Of a stretch of 64,000 bases of DNA, positions 1 through 9,317 are shown piece after piece. The notes below the pieces were generated by a model. The model was not told the origin of the DNA and searched no databases. It saw nothing but the letters and a program-made list of their open reading frames with translations. The DNA is from Planctomycetota bacterium (GTDB lineage Bacteria > Planctomycetota > UBA8108 > UBA1146): contig JACETR010000007.1 of assembly GCA_013911165.1 (NCBI GenBank), positions 1,144 to 65,143 on the forward strand. The letters are read 5' to 3'. Position 1 is the stretch's first letter; every line of letters begins with the position of its first letter. The position numbers and the translations under genes are program-made.

Positions 1-2142
1 GTCTGGCTTCCTCTGGAAGAGGGACAATCGGTTCAAAATCTGCTCTTCGTCAGTCGTCGAGGAGGGACAGAAAACCTCTACACATTGAAAAGCACCGAAG
101 CAGGCGAACCCCGACTGGACCGCTGCCGCTCCACTGAAGTCACCCCTTTCCCGGGGTCTGGCGACCGCCGCAGGTATCCGCAGATATCTCCCGACGGCAA
201 ACTGCTGGCCTTTGTTCTGGGAGACGGTGACCTCGCCATTCAAAATCTGGATGGCAGTGATTCACGGGTTCTTCACACCGGCTGGTCACCTCCCAGCTTT
301 GAGTGGTCCCCGGACAGTCGCTGGATCGCCTTTTCGACTCAGGACAACAATTTCAACCGGGACATATGGCTCGTCCCCGTCGATGGCACCCGTGCCCCCT
401 TCAATTTGACCGCCAACCCTCGCCCCGACCGCAGTCCTCGCTGGAGTCCAGACGGAAAGAAGTTGGCCTTTATCTCACAAAGGGATGAATCCGGTGGTGA
501 CCTCTGGTGGTTGTGGCTGACTGAAGCAGACGACCAACCCGGAGCCGAGGATCGCGAACTCGCCAGTGACCCCCTTCCCTCTCAGGAGAAAACCGACGAT
601 GGGAAGAAGGAGAAGATCGCGGCCAAAGATGAAAAAGAGGACTCCGCCAAAAAAACTCCGGAAGTCAAAATCGACCTGAAGGGAATCCGCGATCGCTTCA
701 CCCGGGCTTTCAGCTCTGATTCCGGAGTGCGTGGGCCCGCCTGGGGATCCAAATCGAAGAAGATCTTTTTTGTTTCGAGCCATGAGTCTTCCTCTGCTGT
801 TTACAGCGTCGACACGACTGCCAGATCCTCCGCCAAAAAGGTCACCAGCGGACGGGATCCCTTCGGTCCCTGGATTGCAAAATCAAAGAAATATCTGCGA
901 CTGGCTTCCGGGGTCCCCAATCTCATCAGTGAAAGCGGATCCAGCACCAGCCTGCCGATTTCCAGCAAATTCACCGTCGATCAGCAGGAGCGGCAGGGTG
1001 CCGTTTTCGATGAGGCCTGGGCGACGATGCGGGATCGTTTTTATGACATCGATCTCAAAGGGCTGGATTGGGACGCCATCGGTGAACTCTACCGTCCTTA
1101 CGCAGTTCAGCGGCGCCACCGCAGCGAATTCGAGTGGATCATCAACCGTATGATTGGCGAGTTGAACTCCTCCCATCAACGATTCACGGCTGCCGGAAAA
1201 TGGTCGCGGTCGATCCGTGCCACGGGGGTCCCCGGCTGGCGCTGGGAAAGGGATTCAGATTCAGGTCGATATCAAGTTGGACAAATCGTTCCGGGAACCC
1301 CGGCTGCGGACGAAGCCGTCGACGTTCAGCCCGGTGATCTCATCCTTGCCATCGACGGATCGCCTCTAACTCCCGGCAGTAACACCTCCATCCCACTCAA
1401 CGGCAAAGTCGGCAAGCGGGTGGCATTCCAGTTGGAACGGGACGGTGAGGCCTTTGAAGTGATTCTTCGCCCCATCTCGAATAATGTCCTGCGCAGCAGG
1501 TTGTACGATCATTGGCTCGAGGAATGTCGTCAACAGGTCCACAAAGAATCCGCCGGACGCCTCGGATACCTTCACATTCGAAGCATGGATCAAACCAGCC
1601 TCGATCGTTTTGCTGTGCAGCTCTACGAAGCGGGCCATGATCGGGAAGGCCTCATCATCGATGTGCGTGAAAATGGTGGCGGCTGGACTACGGATCGCTT
1701 GCTCGCCTCCCTGACGCGGCGCCCCCATGCTTTGACTCAACCCCGTGCGGGGGGCCTGGGTTACCCCAATGATCGCCTCGCTGCTCCCTCATGGACAAAA
1801 CCGATTGCGGTCCTGTGCAATGAAAACTCCTACAGCAATGCCGAAATCTTCTCCCACGCCATCAAAAACCTCAATCGCGGCCCCCTGATCGGCATGCCCA
1901 CTTCGGGAAGCGTGATCAGCACCGGCAGCTCTACCCTGATCGACGGCAGCAGTATTCGGGTTCCCTTCCGCGGTTGGTACACCATTCCCGGAGGGCTCGA
2001 CATGGATCTCAATGGGGCGATCCCTGACCTTCTGGTTCCCTCTACCCCGGAAGCAGAGGAAAACCACTGGGATTTCCAGCTGGACATGGCCATCGAACAG
2101 CTTCTGGAGGACCTTCCCCCTGCCCCAAGGGCCACTTTTTAG
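1..2142 (+). CDS. Tricorn-like / S41-family peptidase with TolB-type beta-propeller and PDZ-like segment (5' end cut by window edge)
   Basis: Frame 1 is open from nt 1, with no stop before the listed TTG at 85, so the gene begins upstream of the window. It has propeller motifs ISPDGKLLAF, WSPDSRWIAF and WSPDGKKLAF. It has a PDZ-like segment VQPGDLILAIDG. The S41-like core reads DVRENGGGW ... NENSYSNAEIFSHAIK. Confidence 0.8.
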   Translation, partial: VWLPLEEGQSVQNLLFVSRRGGTENLYTLKSTEAGEPRLDRCRSTEVTPFPGSGDRRRYPQISPDGKLLAFVLGDGDLAIQNLDGSDSRVLHTGWSPPSFEWSPDSRWIAFSTQDNNFNRDIWLVPVDGTRAPFNLTANPRPDRSPRWSPDGKKLAFISQRDESGGDLWWLWLTEADDQPGAEDRELASDPLPSQEKTDDGKKEKIAAKDEKEDSAKKTPEVKIDLKGIRDRFTRAFSSDSGVRGPAWGSKSKKIFFVSSHESSSAVYSVDTTARSSAKKVTSGRDPFGPWIAKSKKYLRLASGVPNLISESGSSTSLPISSKFTVDQQERQGAVFDEAWATMRDRFYDIDLKGLDWDAIGELYRPYAVQRRHRSEFEWIINRMIGELNSSHQRFTAAGKWSRSIRATGVPGWRWERDSDSGRYQVGQIVPGTPAADEAVDVQPGDLILAIDGSPLTPGSNTSIPLNGKVGKRVAFQLERDGEAFEVILRPISNNVLRSRLYDHWLEECRQQVHKESAGRLGYLHIRSMDQTSLDRFAVQLYEAGHDREGLIIDVRENGGGWTTDRLLASLTRRPHALTQPRAGGLGYPNDRLAAPSWTKPIAVLCNENSYSNAEIFSHAIKNLNRGPLIGMPTSGSVISTGSSTLIDGSSIRVPFRGWYTIPGGLDMDLNGAIPDLLVPSTPEAEENHWDFQLDMAIEQLLEDLPPAPRATF

Positions 2143-2160
2143 GTCTTTCGCCAAAAAGAG

Positions 2161-2207
2161 CCGCAGACCTTCCCCGGGTTCAGTTGACCCGGCTGGGGGG
2201 TCTGCGG
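2161..2207 (+). terminator. Long GC-rich stem-loop between the peptidase gene and the basic micro-ORF
   Basis: ccgcagacc (2161-2169) pairs perfectly with ggtctgcgg (2199-2207), and there is an inner ccggg/cccgg stem. It is followed only by taattt, so it is not a canonical T-tract terminator. It could instead be 5'-UTR structure. Confidence 0.4.
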
Positions 2208-2219
2208 TAATTTCGCACC

Positions 2220-2321
2220 ATGTCCAATAGAAATAACCGACGGGTCAAGAAGGCCAACCACGGCAAGCGTCCGGCGAACCACAACCGCCGCCAGAAGCGC
2301 ACGGCCAAGTTCAAGAACTAG
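2220..2321 (+). CDS. Unlisted 33-aa extremely basic micro-protein (MSNRNNRRVKKANHGKRPANHNRRQKRTAKFKN)
   Basis: ATG at 2220 and TAG at 2319-2321, below the 60-aa cutoff of the ORF track. It has 13 Lys/Arg and 2 His in 33 residues. Codons are almost all C/G-ending (aag, aac, cgc, gcc, ttc), like the surrounding real genes. It lies in an otherwise empty 350-nt gap. Confidence 0.5.
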   Translation: MSNRNNRRVKKANHGKRPANHNRRQKRTAKFKN

Positions 2322-2493
2322 TTTCCTCCGGAAACCGGTTCCCCTTCCCCGCTGACGAGAATCAGATCTTTCAACCATCCACTCCGGTGGCATGGTCTCA
2401 CCCCATGATGTAAAAAGACCCCGTCGCCACTCAATAGTTGCGACAGAGTTCTCGATCCCGATTCCGGATCAAGCAAGAAATGGGGAGTGCCCG

Positions 2494-3513
2494 ATGGACA
2501 AGAACCTGCTGAAAGAAACTGCACAAAAGATGGTCGCCCGCGGCAAGGGCATCCTTGCTGCCGATGAGAGCCACCCCACCTGTGGAAAACGCTTTGAGGC
2601 TCTCGGCATCGAAAACACCTCAGAAAACCGCCGAATCTACCGGCAAATGTTTTTCAACAGTCCCGATGTCGAAAAATACATCTCCGGGGTCATCCTTTTT
2701 GATGAAACCCTTCGCCAGAGCGACGACGCCGGCGTTCCTTTCCCGGAAAACCTGAATGCAAAAGGGATCGTCCCTGGAATCAAGGTCGATACGGGGGCCA
2801 AAGACCTCGCCGGATTCCCGGGAGAGAAAGTCACGGAAGGTCTCGACGGTCTCAGGGATCGACTCGCAGAATACTTTGAGTTGGGTGCCCGCTTTGCAAA
2901 GTGGCGCGCCGTGATCACCATTGGAGACGGTATTCCGTCCGAGGGATGCTATATGGCCAATGCCCATGCCCTCGCCCGTTACGCCCGATTGTGTCAGGAA
3001 GCGTCCATCGTCCCCATCGTCGAACCGGAAGTCTTGATGGATGGCGACCACGATATCGACGTGTGCGATCGTGTGACCACCAATGCCTTGCATTTGACTT
3101 TCCGTCAACTCGAAGAGCAGGACGTGATGCTGGAAGGGATTGTTCTCAAACCCTCCATGATCATTCCGGGAACCGGAACAGCTGCTGTGGGACGCGACGT
3201 CGTGGCCTCCAGAACCATCGATTGTCTCAAACGTACCGTTCCTAATGCCGTTCCTGGGATCGCATTCCTTTCTGGCGGCCAAAGCGATGAGGACGCCACA
3301 GGTCATCTGGATGCGATGAACAAGTTGGATGGTCATCCCTGGAACCTGACTTTCTCCTACGGCAGAGCACTTCAGGCGACAGCCATGAAGACCTGGGCGG
3401 GCAAGGCGGAAAATCTTGCCACTGCCTCAGCAGCCTTCATGCAAAGAGCACGAAGCAATGCTGCCGCCTCGACCGGGGAGTGGGATCAGACTCTGGAGCA
3501 ATCCTCTTCCTGA
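2494..3513 (+). CDS. fba: Fructose-bisphosphate aldolase, class I
   Basis: GKGILAADESHPTCGKRF and the rest of the translation match the class I (Schiff-base) aldolase family. I prefer the internal ATG at 2494, preceded by ggggag, over the listed start at 2392. Confidence 0.9.
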   Translation: MDKNLLKETAQKMVARGKGILAADESHPTCGKRFEALGIENTSENRRIYRQMFFNSPDVEKYISGVILFDETLRQSDDAGVPFPENLNAKGIVPGIKVDTGAKDLAGFPGEKVTEGLDGLRDRLAEYFELGARFAKWRAVITIGDGIPSEGCYMANAHALARYARLCQEASIVPIVEPEVLMDGDHDIDVCDRVTTNALHLTFRQLEEQDVMLEGIVLKPSMIIPGTGTAAVGRDVVASRTIDCLKRTVPNAVPGIAFLSGGQSDEDATGHLDAMNKLDGHPWNLTFSYGRALQATAMKTWAGKAENLATASAAFMQRARSNAAASTGEWDQTLEQSSS

Positions 3514-3653
3514 ATCACCTTGCGGCAATCATTGGTACACCTCCGAATCAGACCTGATTCGTTGCAACCATTTTGCAGATTCGGTGTTATTCTTTTGTGA
3601 CCCTGAAGGCTTCAGTTTATTTGAGGCCTGAAACGATCAATTGGAGAGACACC

Positions 3654-5249
3654 ATGAGTCCAATTCCCGGCCTTCTGTTCCTCGTTGGCAGCCTTGTCGC
3701 TGTTCAGCCGGTCATGGATTCTCCTTCGACCGATCAACAAGCAATCGTTGATCGAGCCGATTCCCCAAAAGGGATGGGGATCGCCGACGCGAGGCATCTC
3801 CTCGATCGAACCTGCTTCGGAGTCCCCCACCAATCACTGAAAAACTACGCTTCCCTGACCAGAGATCAAGCCGTCGATCAACTGATCAGCACCTTGAAAA
3901 CCGAAGCACAAACCCCCCTTCCCGAATGGACCGGATTATCGTTTCAGGAGATTCGGGATCTTCGGCTGGAGGACAGGCAAGCATTCGGTAGAACGCAGAG
4001 AGGTTGGCAACAGGAAGCCCGATCCTGGTGGGCACAGGAAATCCTGACGACTTCGTCACCCCTGACTGAACGCCTGGTTTTGATGTGGCATGGGCATTTC
4101 ACTTCAGAAATGCGGACCGTCAGATCACCTCACGCAATGCTCGCTCAAAATCAGCTCTTCCGTAAAAATGGAAGCGACAACTTCGCGGAACTCTTGAGAG
4201 CCATTTCCATGGACAACGCCATGGCCATCTATCTCAACACCCAACAGAGCAAAAAGGGCAAACCCAATGAGAATTTTGCCCGGGAACTCTTCGAGCTCTT
4301 CAGTCTTGGAGAAGGCCATTACACGGAACGGGACGTCAAGGAAGCCGCCCGTGCCTTTACCGGATATCGAGTCCAGGGTCAGGGTCAGGTTCGCAAAGTC
4401 TCCCGTCTCCATGATTCTTCCGTCAAAACCGTCCTGGGTAAAAGAGGCCGCCTCGATGGGCTGGACGTCCTCAATCTGGTCCTCAAGCATCCCGCTTGTG
4501 GTGAGTGGATTGCACGCAGGTTCTGGCTCGAATTCGTCTCACCCACCCCCGATCAGGATGTGATCAAAAAGTGGGGCAAGGTGCTGCGCCGATCCGATTG
4601 GGATTTGAAAGCATTCCTGTCACACGTCTTCAAATCGGATCAATTCTGGTCATCAGAATATCGGGGAGCGCTGGTCAAAAGCCCTGTCGATCTGGTGATG
4701 GGCTCTCTGCGAAGATTGGAAATCACCGAGATTCGAGGGTTGCAGCTCAACCGCAACCTTCAAGCGATGGGACAGGTTCTCTTCGACCCACCAAATGTGG
4801 CGGGGTGGCCCGGTGGAACTGCATGGATCGATTCGACGTCTTTGCTGGAGAGACGCAAGTTTCTTCAGGATGCCGTCCCCACAGCCATGATTTTTTCCAC
4901 GTGGCAAAAGCGCGAAGGCTCTGCCAGTGTCGGCAAGTCCGGGATGAATCCGGAAATGGATCCGGAGATGGATCCGGAGATGTCACCGGACATGAAACCG
5001 GAAATGAATCCAGCAGGAAACAGGGCGACCAAGCGATTGAACCGGCGACAGATTCGCCGTTATCGCCCAGTTGCAGCCCAGTCCGTTGAAAAGCTGTACC
5101 AGCAATTCATCGACGGTAAATCGATGAACGAAGAAGCATGGACCCTTTCGTGGTTGCCTTTTCAACCGGTGACGGATGCCGATCAGAGCGATACCGGTTT
5201 TGGACGCCTGCAGGAACTGATTCTCGACCCGACCTATCAGCTGAAATGA
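3654..5249 (+). CDS. DUF1800 family protein (secreted)
   Basis: FARELFELFSLGEGHYTERDVKEAARAFTGY and NVAGWPGG are typical of DUF1800. ATG at 3654 is preceded by ggagag and gives a signal-like N-terminus, MSPIPGLLFLVGSLVA. The listed ORF starts at 3573. Confidence 0.85.
   Translation: MSPIPGLLFLVGSLVAVQPVMDSPSTDQQAIVDRADSPKGMGIADARHLLDRTCFGVPHQSLKNYASLTRDQAVDQLISTLKTEAQTPLPEWTGLSFQEIRDLRLEDRQAFGRTQRGWQQEARSWWAQEILTTSSPLTERLVLMWHGHFTSEMRTVRSPHAMLAQNQLFRKNGSDNFAELLRAISMDNAMAIYLNTQQSKKGKPNENFARELFELFSLGEGHYTERDVKEAARAFTGYRVQGQGQVRKVSRLHDSSVKTVLGKRGRLDGLDVLNLVLKHPACGEWIARRFWLEFVSPTPDQDVIKKWGKVLRRSDWDLKAFLSHVFKSDQFWSSEYRGALVKSPVDLVMGSLRRLEITEIRGLQLNRNLQAMGQVLFDPPNVAGWPGGTAWIDSTSLLERRKFLQDAVPTAMIFSTWQKREGSASVGKSGMNPEMDPEMDPEMSPDMKPEMNPAGNRATKRLNRRQIRRYRPVAAQSVEKLYQQFIDGKSMNEEAWTLSWLPFQPVTDADQSDTGFGRLQELILDPTYQLK
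4944..5012 (+). repeat. Tandem 12-nt coding repeat (atgRAtccggaR, about 5.75 copies) encoding MNPE-MDPE-MDPE-MSPD-MKPE-MNP
   Basis: Read directly from the DNA: atgaatccggaa, atggatccggag, atggatccggag, atgtcaccggac, atgaaaccggaa, atgaatcca. It lies inside the DUF1800 gene. Confidence 0.9.
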
Positions 5250-5255
5250 GATCCC

Positions 5256-6467
5256 ATGGAATTTGATCGCAGGACCTTTCTTCATCTCAGCGGAGGAGCA
5301 TGCCTTCCGTGGCTGGTTCCCGGAGTGGAAGCCTGGGCATTTGACGACCCGCAACAGAAGCAGTTGAAGGTCGCTCCCGGATTGCGCGAGCGGACTCTGA
5401 TACTCGTGGAGCTTCAGGGAGGAAATGACGGTTTGAATACCGTGATCCCCCTCCGTGATGAGCGTTATCGGGAACTGAGACCCCGTATCGGTTTGAAAAA
5501 GAACCAGATCATCGAGTTGGATTCGAAACAGGGAATGCACTCTTCCCTGAAACCACTGACAGAGGCATGGGAGGCAGAGGAAGCCAACTGGATACTCGGC
5601 CTCGGCTACCCGGATCCCAATCGATCCCACTTCCGGTCCATCGAAATCTGGGAAACCGGTTCCGACAGCGACGAGGAATTGCAGGAAGGCTGGCTGACGA
5701 GAATGCTCAAGGCTCAGCCCGATCCAGAGCGTGCCGCCGAAGGAATCATCATCGGTGGAGGAGACGCCGGCCCTCTTTACGGGACCGGCTTGCGAGTGAT
5801 CAACATGGATGATCCCGAAAAATTTTCACGCCAGGCTCGTGCAGTTCCGGAAGTGGCTCGCGGAACGGATGCTCGCAAGGCACTGGAGCACCTCCTCGAT
5901 GTTCAGGATGACATCAAAAAAGCGGCAGGGATCATCGAAGAAAAGATTCAGGCTTCACCGGATCACGGAGTCCGGTTCCCCGGCACCCGGTTTGGCCAAC
6001 GCTGCAAGATTGCCGCAGAGATGGTCACCTCCGGAGTTCCCTGCCCAGTCATCAAGGTCTCCATCGGCGGCTTTGACACGCATAACAACCAACTCAATCG
6101 CCACTCCCGTCTGTTGACAGAGCTGGCGGATGGTTTGGCAGCCCTGCGCAAGGCACTGATCGCCACCGGTAAATGGGATCACACCCTGATCAGCACCTAC
6201 TCGGAGTTTGGACGCCGTGCCAGAGAGAATGGCAGTGAGGGAACCGACCACGGCACCGCCGCCCCACACTTGTTGCTCGGTGGCAATATCAAGGGAGGCT
6301 TTTCCGGCAGACAGCCTGATCTCGGGAAATTGGTCAGGGACGACCTGATCCACACCACCGACTACCGCCGCCTCTATGCCACCATTGAACAGAAGTGGTT
6401 CGGTCTGAAAGGCAGATCTGAGGTTTCCCGCGGGGCCAAGCCTCTCGACGTGATTCGCAAGGGCTGA
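5256..6467 (+). CDS. DUF1501 family protein (sulfatase-like fold, Tat-type signal)
   Basis: The N-terminus MEFDRRTFLHLSGGA is twin-arginine-like. GGFDTHNNQ and GTDHGTAAP are typical of DUF1501. It follows DUF1800 in the canonical pairing. Confidence 0.9.
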   Translation: MEFDRRTFLHLSGGACLPWLVPGVEAWAFDDPQQKQLKVAPGLRERTLILVELQGGNDGLNTVIPLRDERYRELRPRIGLKKNQIIELDSKQGMHSSLKPLTEAWEAEEANWILGLGYPDPNRSHFRSIEIWETGSDSDEELQEGWLTRMLKAQPDPERAAEGIIIGGGDAGPLYGTGLRVINMDDPEKFSRQARAVPEVARGTDARKALEHLLDVQDDIKKAAGIIEEKIQASPDHGVRFPGTRFGQRCKIAAEMVTSGVPCPVIKVSIGGFDTHNNQLNRHSRLLTELADGLAALRKALIATGKWDHTLISTYSEFGRRARENGSEGTDHGTAAPHLLLGGNIKGGFSGRQPDLGKLVRDDLIHTTDYRRLYATIEQKWFGLKGRSEVSRGAKPLDVIRKG

Positions 6468-6538
6468 TCTGGCCCGAATGGGACCCTCGACCTGATCAGA
6501 TCGCTTTAAGAATCTCGGTTTTTACCTTATTCTAATAG

Positions 6539-8407
6539 GTGAAAGGGAACCTCTTGGATCTGAATCTTCTTTTGTTGAGCACGGTGGCCTTCATTCTGGG
6601 CCCCGCCACTGCTTCTTTAGGCCGCAGGTTTCCCTTGTTCCTGCCGGTTCTCGATGGCTTTGTCCTGCTCTCGGTGACAGGCCTGATTCTCATGGAAGTG
6701 ATCCCCCATTCCATGGAGGAAGTCGGCCTGTGGGCGATTCCATTGGCACTACTGGGCCTTCTCGTTCCCAGCATGATTGAGAAGCGCTACCACAAAATGG
6801 CTCACAGTGCCCATCATTGGGCGACCTGGTTTGGAGTCTCCGCCATCCTGATCCACTCGACTCTGGATGGCGTCGCACTGTCTCTGGGTAGCGCTGGAAC
6901 CCAAGCTGAAGGATTGGCTCTGGCAGTGATCCTTCACCGACTCGTCGAAGGAATGGCCATTTGGTGGATTGTTCGTCCCCAATACGGGATAGCCCCTGCT
7001 CTGACCCTTATAGGATTGGGAACACTGATCCACGCCGGTGGATTTATCGGGGGACAGGAAATTCAAACGGCCCTGAATAACTTTCCTCTGGGTGGTTTAC
7101 TCGCATTCCTCGGCGGATCTCTGCTCCACGTCCTGATCCATTCCTCTTCTCCAAAAATCGAGGAGTCTGGAAAAACGCCTGCCCTCTCAGCTATCGGAGC
7201 CCTCTTGGGAATGCTTTTTTTGGCAACCCATGTTACCGACAGCGCCCATATCGGATCGGGCCATGATCACGCCCATGGCGGAGTCGCCCAACTGTTTGAA
7301 AGCTTCCTGGCATTGGCACAGGAAAGCGCACCGGCTCTGTTACTTGCCTATACCGTCGCCGGCCTGATCCATGCCCTGCTTCCCAAAACCACCATCGATT
7401 GGATGGGAAAAGGCTCTCATGCCCAGCAGTCTGTACGCGGCATGTTGTTTGCCCTGCCATTGCCGATCTGTTCCTGCGGAGTACTCCCCCTCTATCGAAG
7501 TCTTGTCGAACGGGGAGTCCCGACAGCTGCGGCGATCACTCTGCTGATCGCCACCCCCGAGTTGGGAATCGATGCCGTCTTCCTGTCCGTCACCATGATC
7601 GACGGCCCCTTTGCCTTGGCCAGAGTTTTGGCAGCCGCAGCACTGGCCATCTTTGGAGGCCTGCTCGCAGTTCATTATGTGCCCAGGATCAAGGGACACC
7701 TTCTCAAAGAACAGCCTTCCGAGCCGGAAGCCCCTCTTGGAAAACGAATCCTCGCAGGATTGAAAGTGGGCCTGTGTGATCTGGTCGACGGCACCGCTCC
7801 ATGGATCATTCTCGGACTGTTTCTGGCTTCCGCCCTGTCTCCCCTGGTTGCGGACGGTTCAGTCCTCGAAAAAATCCCCGAAATGCTGAAGGTTCCGGCC
7901 TTTGCCCTGCTCGGCCTGCCGGTTTACGTCTGCGCCAGTGGTGCCACGCCCCTTGCTGCGGTCCTGATTGCAGGAGGGGCATCTCCCGGTGCAGCACTGG
8001 CATTCCTGCTCACTGGCCCAGCCACCAACGCCACCACTTTCGGGGTACTGGCAGATCTTCATGGCAAAAAAACAGCCATCCTTTTTGCGGTCAGCGTCGG
8101 CCTTGGAGCGATCGGTTGCGGATATGCGGTCGACGCCGCTCTTCCCTCAGTGGAAGTCGGTGCAGCCGCCCATCTGGGCCATGATCACATGCACGATCAT
8201 TCCGAATCAGGTTTCGAACTCACCCAAATTGCCCTCTACGCACTCGGAGGACTCTTTCTGCTCAGTCTTTTCCGCAAAGGCCCCAGGCCATTCATGACCC
8301 AGGTCTTCGGAGTTCCAACCACCGAAAATCAGGAAGAAGACGGCTCATGCTGTTCTTCCAACGTGGTCGAACCGACTCCTCCGACTCCGCCATCCGGCGG
8401 TTCATGA
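6539..8407 (+). CDS. Polytopic metal-ion permease: ZIP-like N-terminal half fused to a SO_0444/UPF0718-type permease half, with His-rich loops
   Basis: The N-terminal half has HSTLDGVALS and HRLVEGMAIW, which resemble ZIP motifs. The His-rich loops read HIGSGHDHAHGG and HLGHDHMHDHSESG. The C-terminal half has LPLPICSCGVLPLYRSLVERGVP and ATPELGIDA, typical of the Cu/Zn efflux permease family. The start codon at 6539 is GTG and is uncertain. Confidence 0.75.
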   Translation: MKGNLLDLNLLLLSTVAFILGPATASLGRRFPLFLPVLDGFVLLSVTGLILMEVIPHSMEEVGLWAIPLALLGLLVPSMIEKRYHKMAHSAHHWATWFGVSAILIHSTLDGVALSLGSAGTQAEGLALAVILHRLVEGMAIWWIVRPQYGIAPALTLIGLGTLIHAGGFIGGQEIQTALNNFPLGGLLAFLGGSLLHVLIHSSSPKIEESGKTPALSAIGALLGMLFLATHVTDSAHIGSGHDHAHGGVAQLFESFLALAQESAPALLLAYTVAGLIHALLPKTTIDWMGKGSHAQQSVRGMLFALPLPICSCGVLPLYRSLVERGVPTAAAITLLIATPELGIDAVFLSVTMIDGPFALARVLAAAALAIFGGLLAVHYVPRIKGHLLKEQPSEPEAPLGKRILAGLKVGLCDLVDGTAPWIILGLFLASALSPLVADGSVLEKIPEMLKVPAFALLGLPVYVCASGATPLAAVLIAGGASPGAALAFLLTGPATNATTFGVLADLHGKKTAILFAVSVGLGAIGCGYAVDAALPSVEVGAAAHLGHDHMHDHSESGFELTQIALYALGGLFLLSLFRKGPRPFMTQVFGVPTTENQEEDGSCCSSNVVEPTPPTPPSGGS

Positions 8408-8516
8408 TGCTCCGGATCCTGAGACCCGGTCGGGTCTGGTTGTCCTGAGCACAGTCTGTGGCTAGCATCGGAGTAGATCCCTGCGAGGATCCTGAACCCC
8501 TGAGGAAGGAAGGCCC

Positions 8517-8945
8517 ATGCCTTACCCCGAAGAACTGGTTGCGCCCATGCGCAAGGAACTGACCGATCATGGAGTCACCGAACTGAAATCTGCTACTGAG
8601 GTAGAGGATTTCCTCGGCTCTGACGATACCTCACTGGTCATCATCAACAGCGTCTGTGGTTGTGCCGCCGGCGGTGCGCGCCCCGGTGCTGTCCTCTCGA
8701 TTCAGGCCGAAACGAAACCGGATCGCATTGGTACCGTCTTCGCCGGCCAGGATGTGGAAGCAACTCAAAAAGCCCGCGACTTCTGTTCACAGGTCCCCCC
8801 CAGCAGCCCATCGATGGCCCTCTTCAAGGGCTCGGAGCTGGTCTGGTTCCTGCCACGTCACATGATCGAGGGCCGTGACCCGCAGAGCATCGCTTTCGAT
8901 CTGGTCCAGGCTTACGAAGAGCACTGCTCAAGCAAGGCCAACTGA
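8517..8945 (+). CDS. Bacilliredoxin BrxA/BrxB family protein (DUF1094/YphP-YqiW)
   Basis: MPYPEELVAPMRKELT ... INSVCGCAAGGARPGA carries the family CGC redox motif. The length of 142 aa is as expected. Confidence 0.85.
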   Translation: MPYPEELVAPMRKELTDHGVTELKSATEVEDFLGSDDTSLVIINSVCGCAAGGARPGAVLSIQAETKPDRIGTVFAGQDVEATQKARDFCSQVPPSSPSMALFKGSELVWFLPRHMIEGRDPQSIAFDLVQAYEEHCSSKAN

Positions 8946-8948
8946 ACC

Positions 8949-9248
8949 TTGGGTACGTTTCATGATCACATGGGCGAACTCCACGGAATCACCGTGGTGG
9001 TCCGCCAAAAAGATGGAAACACCTGGATCGGCCGCTGTCACAGTGAGGATGCCATCGAGGTGATCCTTCACGATGCCGACCAGCATGTGGTCAGTGAAAG
9101 TGACGAGAATCCCGTCGATTGGCTCTCCAGAGCCCGACAGATGGGACACTGGCCCAGAGTTTCGACCATTCGTATTCCCCGTGAAACGGTGAGCACCCTG
9201 GTCCGACTTTCTGACGTCAATCAAAAAGGGGAGTTGCCAGAGTCCTGA
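8949..9248 (+). CDS. Hypothetical small protein
   Basis: The ORF is listed with a TTG start, and an in-frame ATG at 8970 is an alternative. I recognise no family. The gene ends inside a strong terminator hairpin. Confidence 0.45.
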   Translation: MGTFHDHMGELHGITVVVRQKDGNTWIGRCHSEDAIEVILHDADQHVVSESDENPVDWLSRARQMGHWPRVSTIRIPRETVSTLVRLSDVNQKGELPES

Positions 9249-9274
9249 CTCTGACAACTCCCCATTCTTTTTTT
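9228..9274 (+). terminator. Rho-independent terminator, probably bidirectional
   Basis: ggggagttgccagag (9228-9242) pairs with ctctgacaactcccc (9249-9263) over 15 bp with 1 mismatch and the loop tcctga. It is followed by attcttttttt. On the other strand the hairpin is followed by ctttttga. It sits between convergent genes. Confidence 0.8.
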
Positions 9275-9317
9275 ACTTCCTTTTTCAAACTGCCTCGCGC
9301 TGAATCAGTTTATCGAC

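Noticed and set aside
2392-2493. N-terminal extensions of listed ORFs, for example fba from 2392, cytochrome from 19679, sigma-54 activator from 34767, L27 from 45562, RNase G from 47622 and hydrolase to 19784
   Set aside because: In each case an internal ATG gives the family-typical N-terminus, often with a purine-rich Shine-Dalgarno-like sequence. The extensions also overlap neighbouring genes or promoters.
8943-8972. The bacilliredoxin TGA stop is in frame with the following 99-aa ORF, which raises the possibility of read-through or a second selenocysteine
   Set aside because: The bacilliredoxin ends at the normal family length (about 142 aa). The TGA is not in a redox motif. I found no hairpin just downstream of it. 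Sharing a frame has a one-in-three chance.
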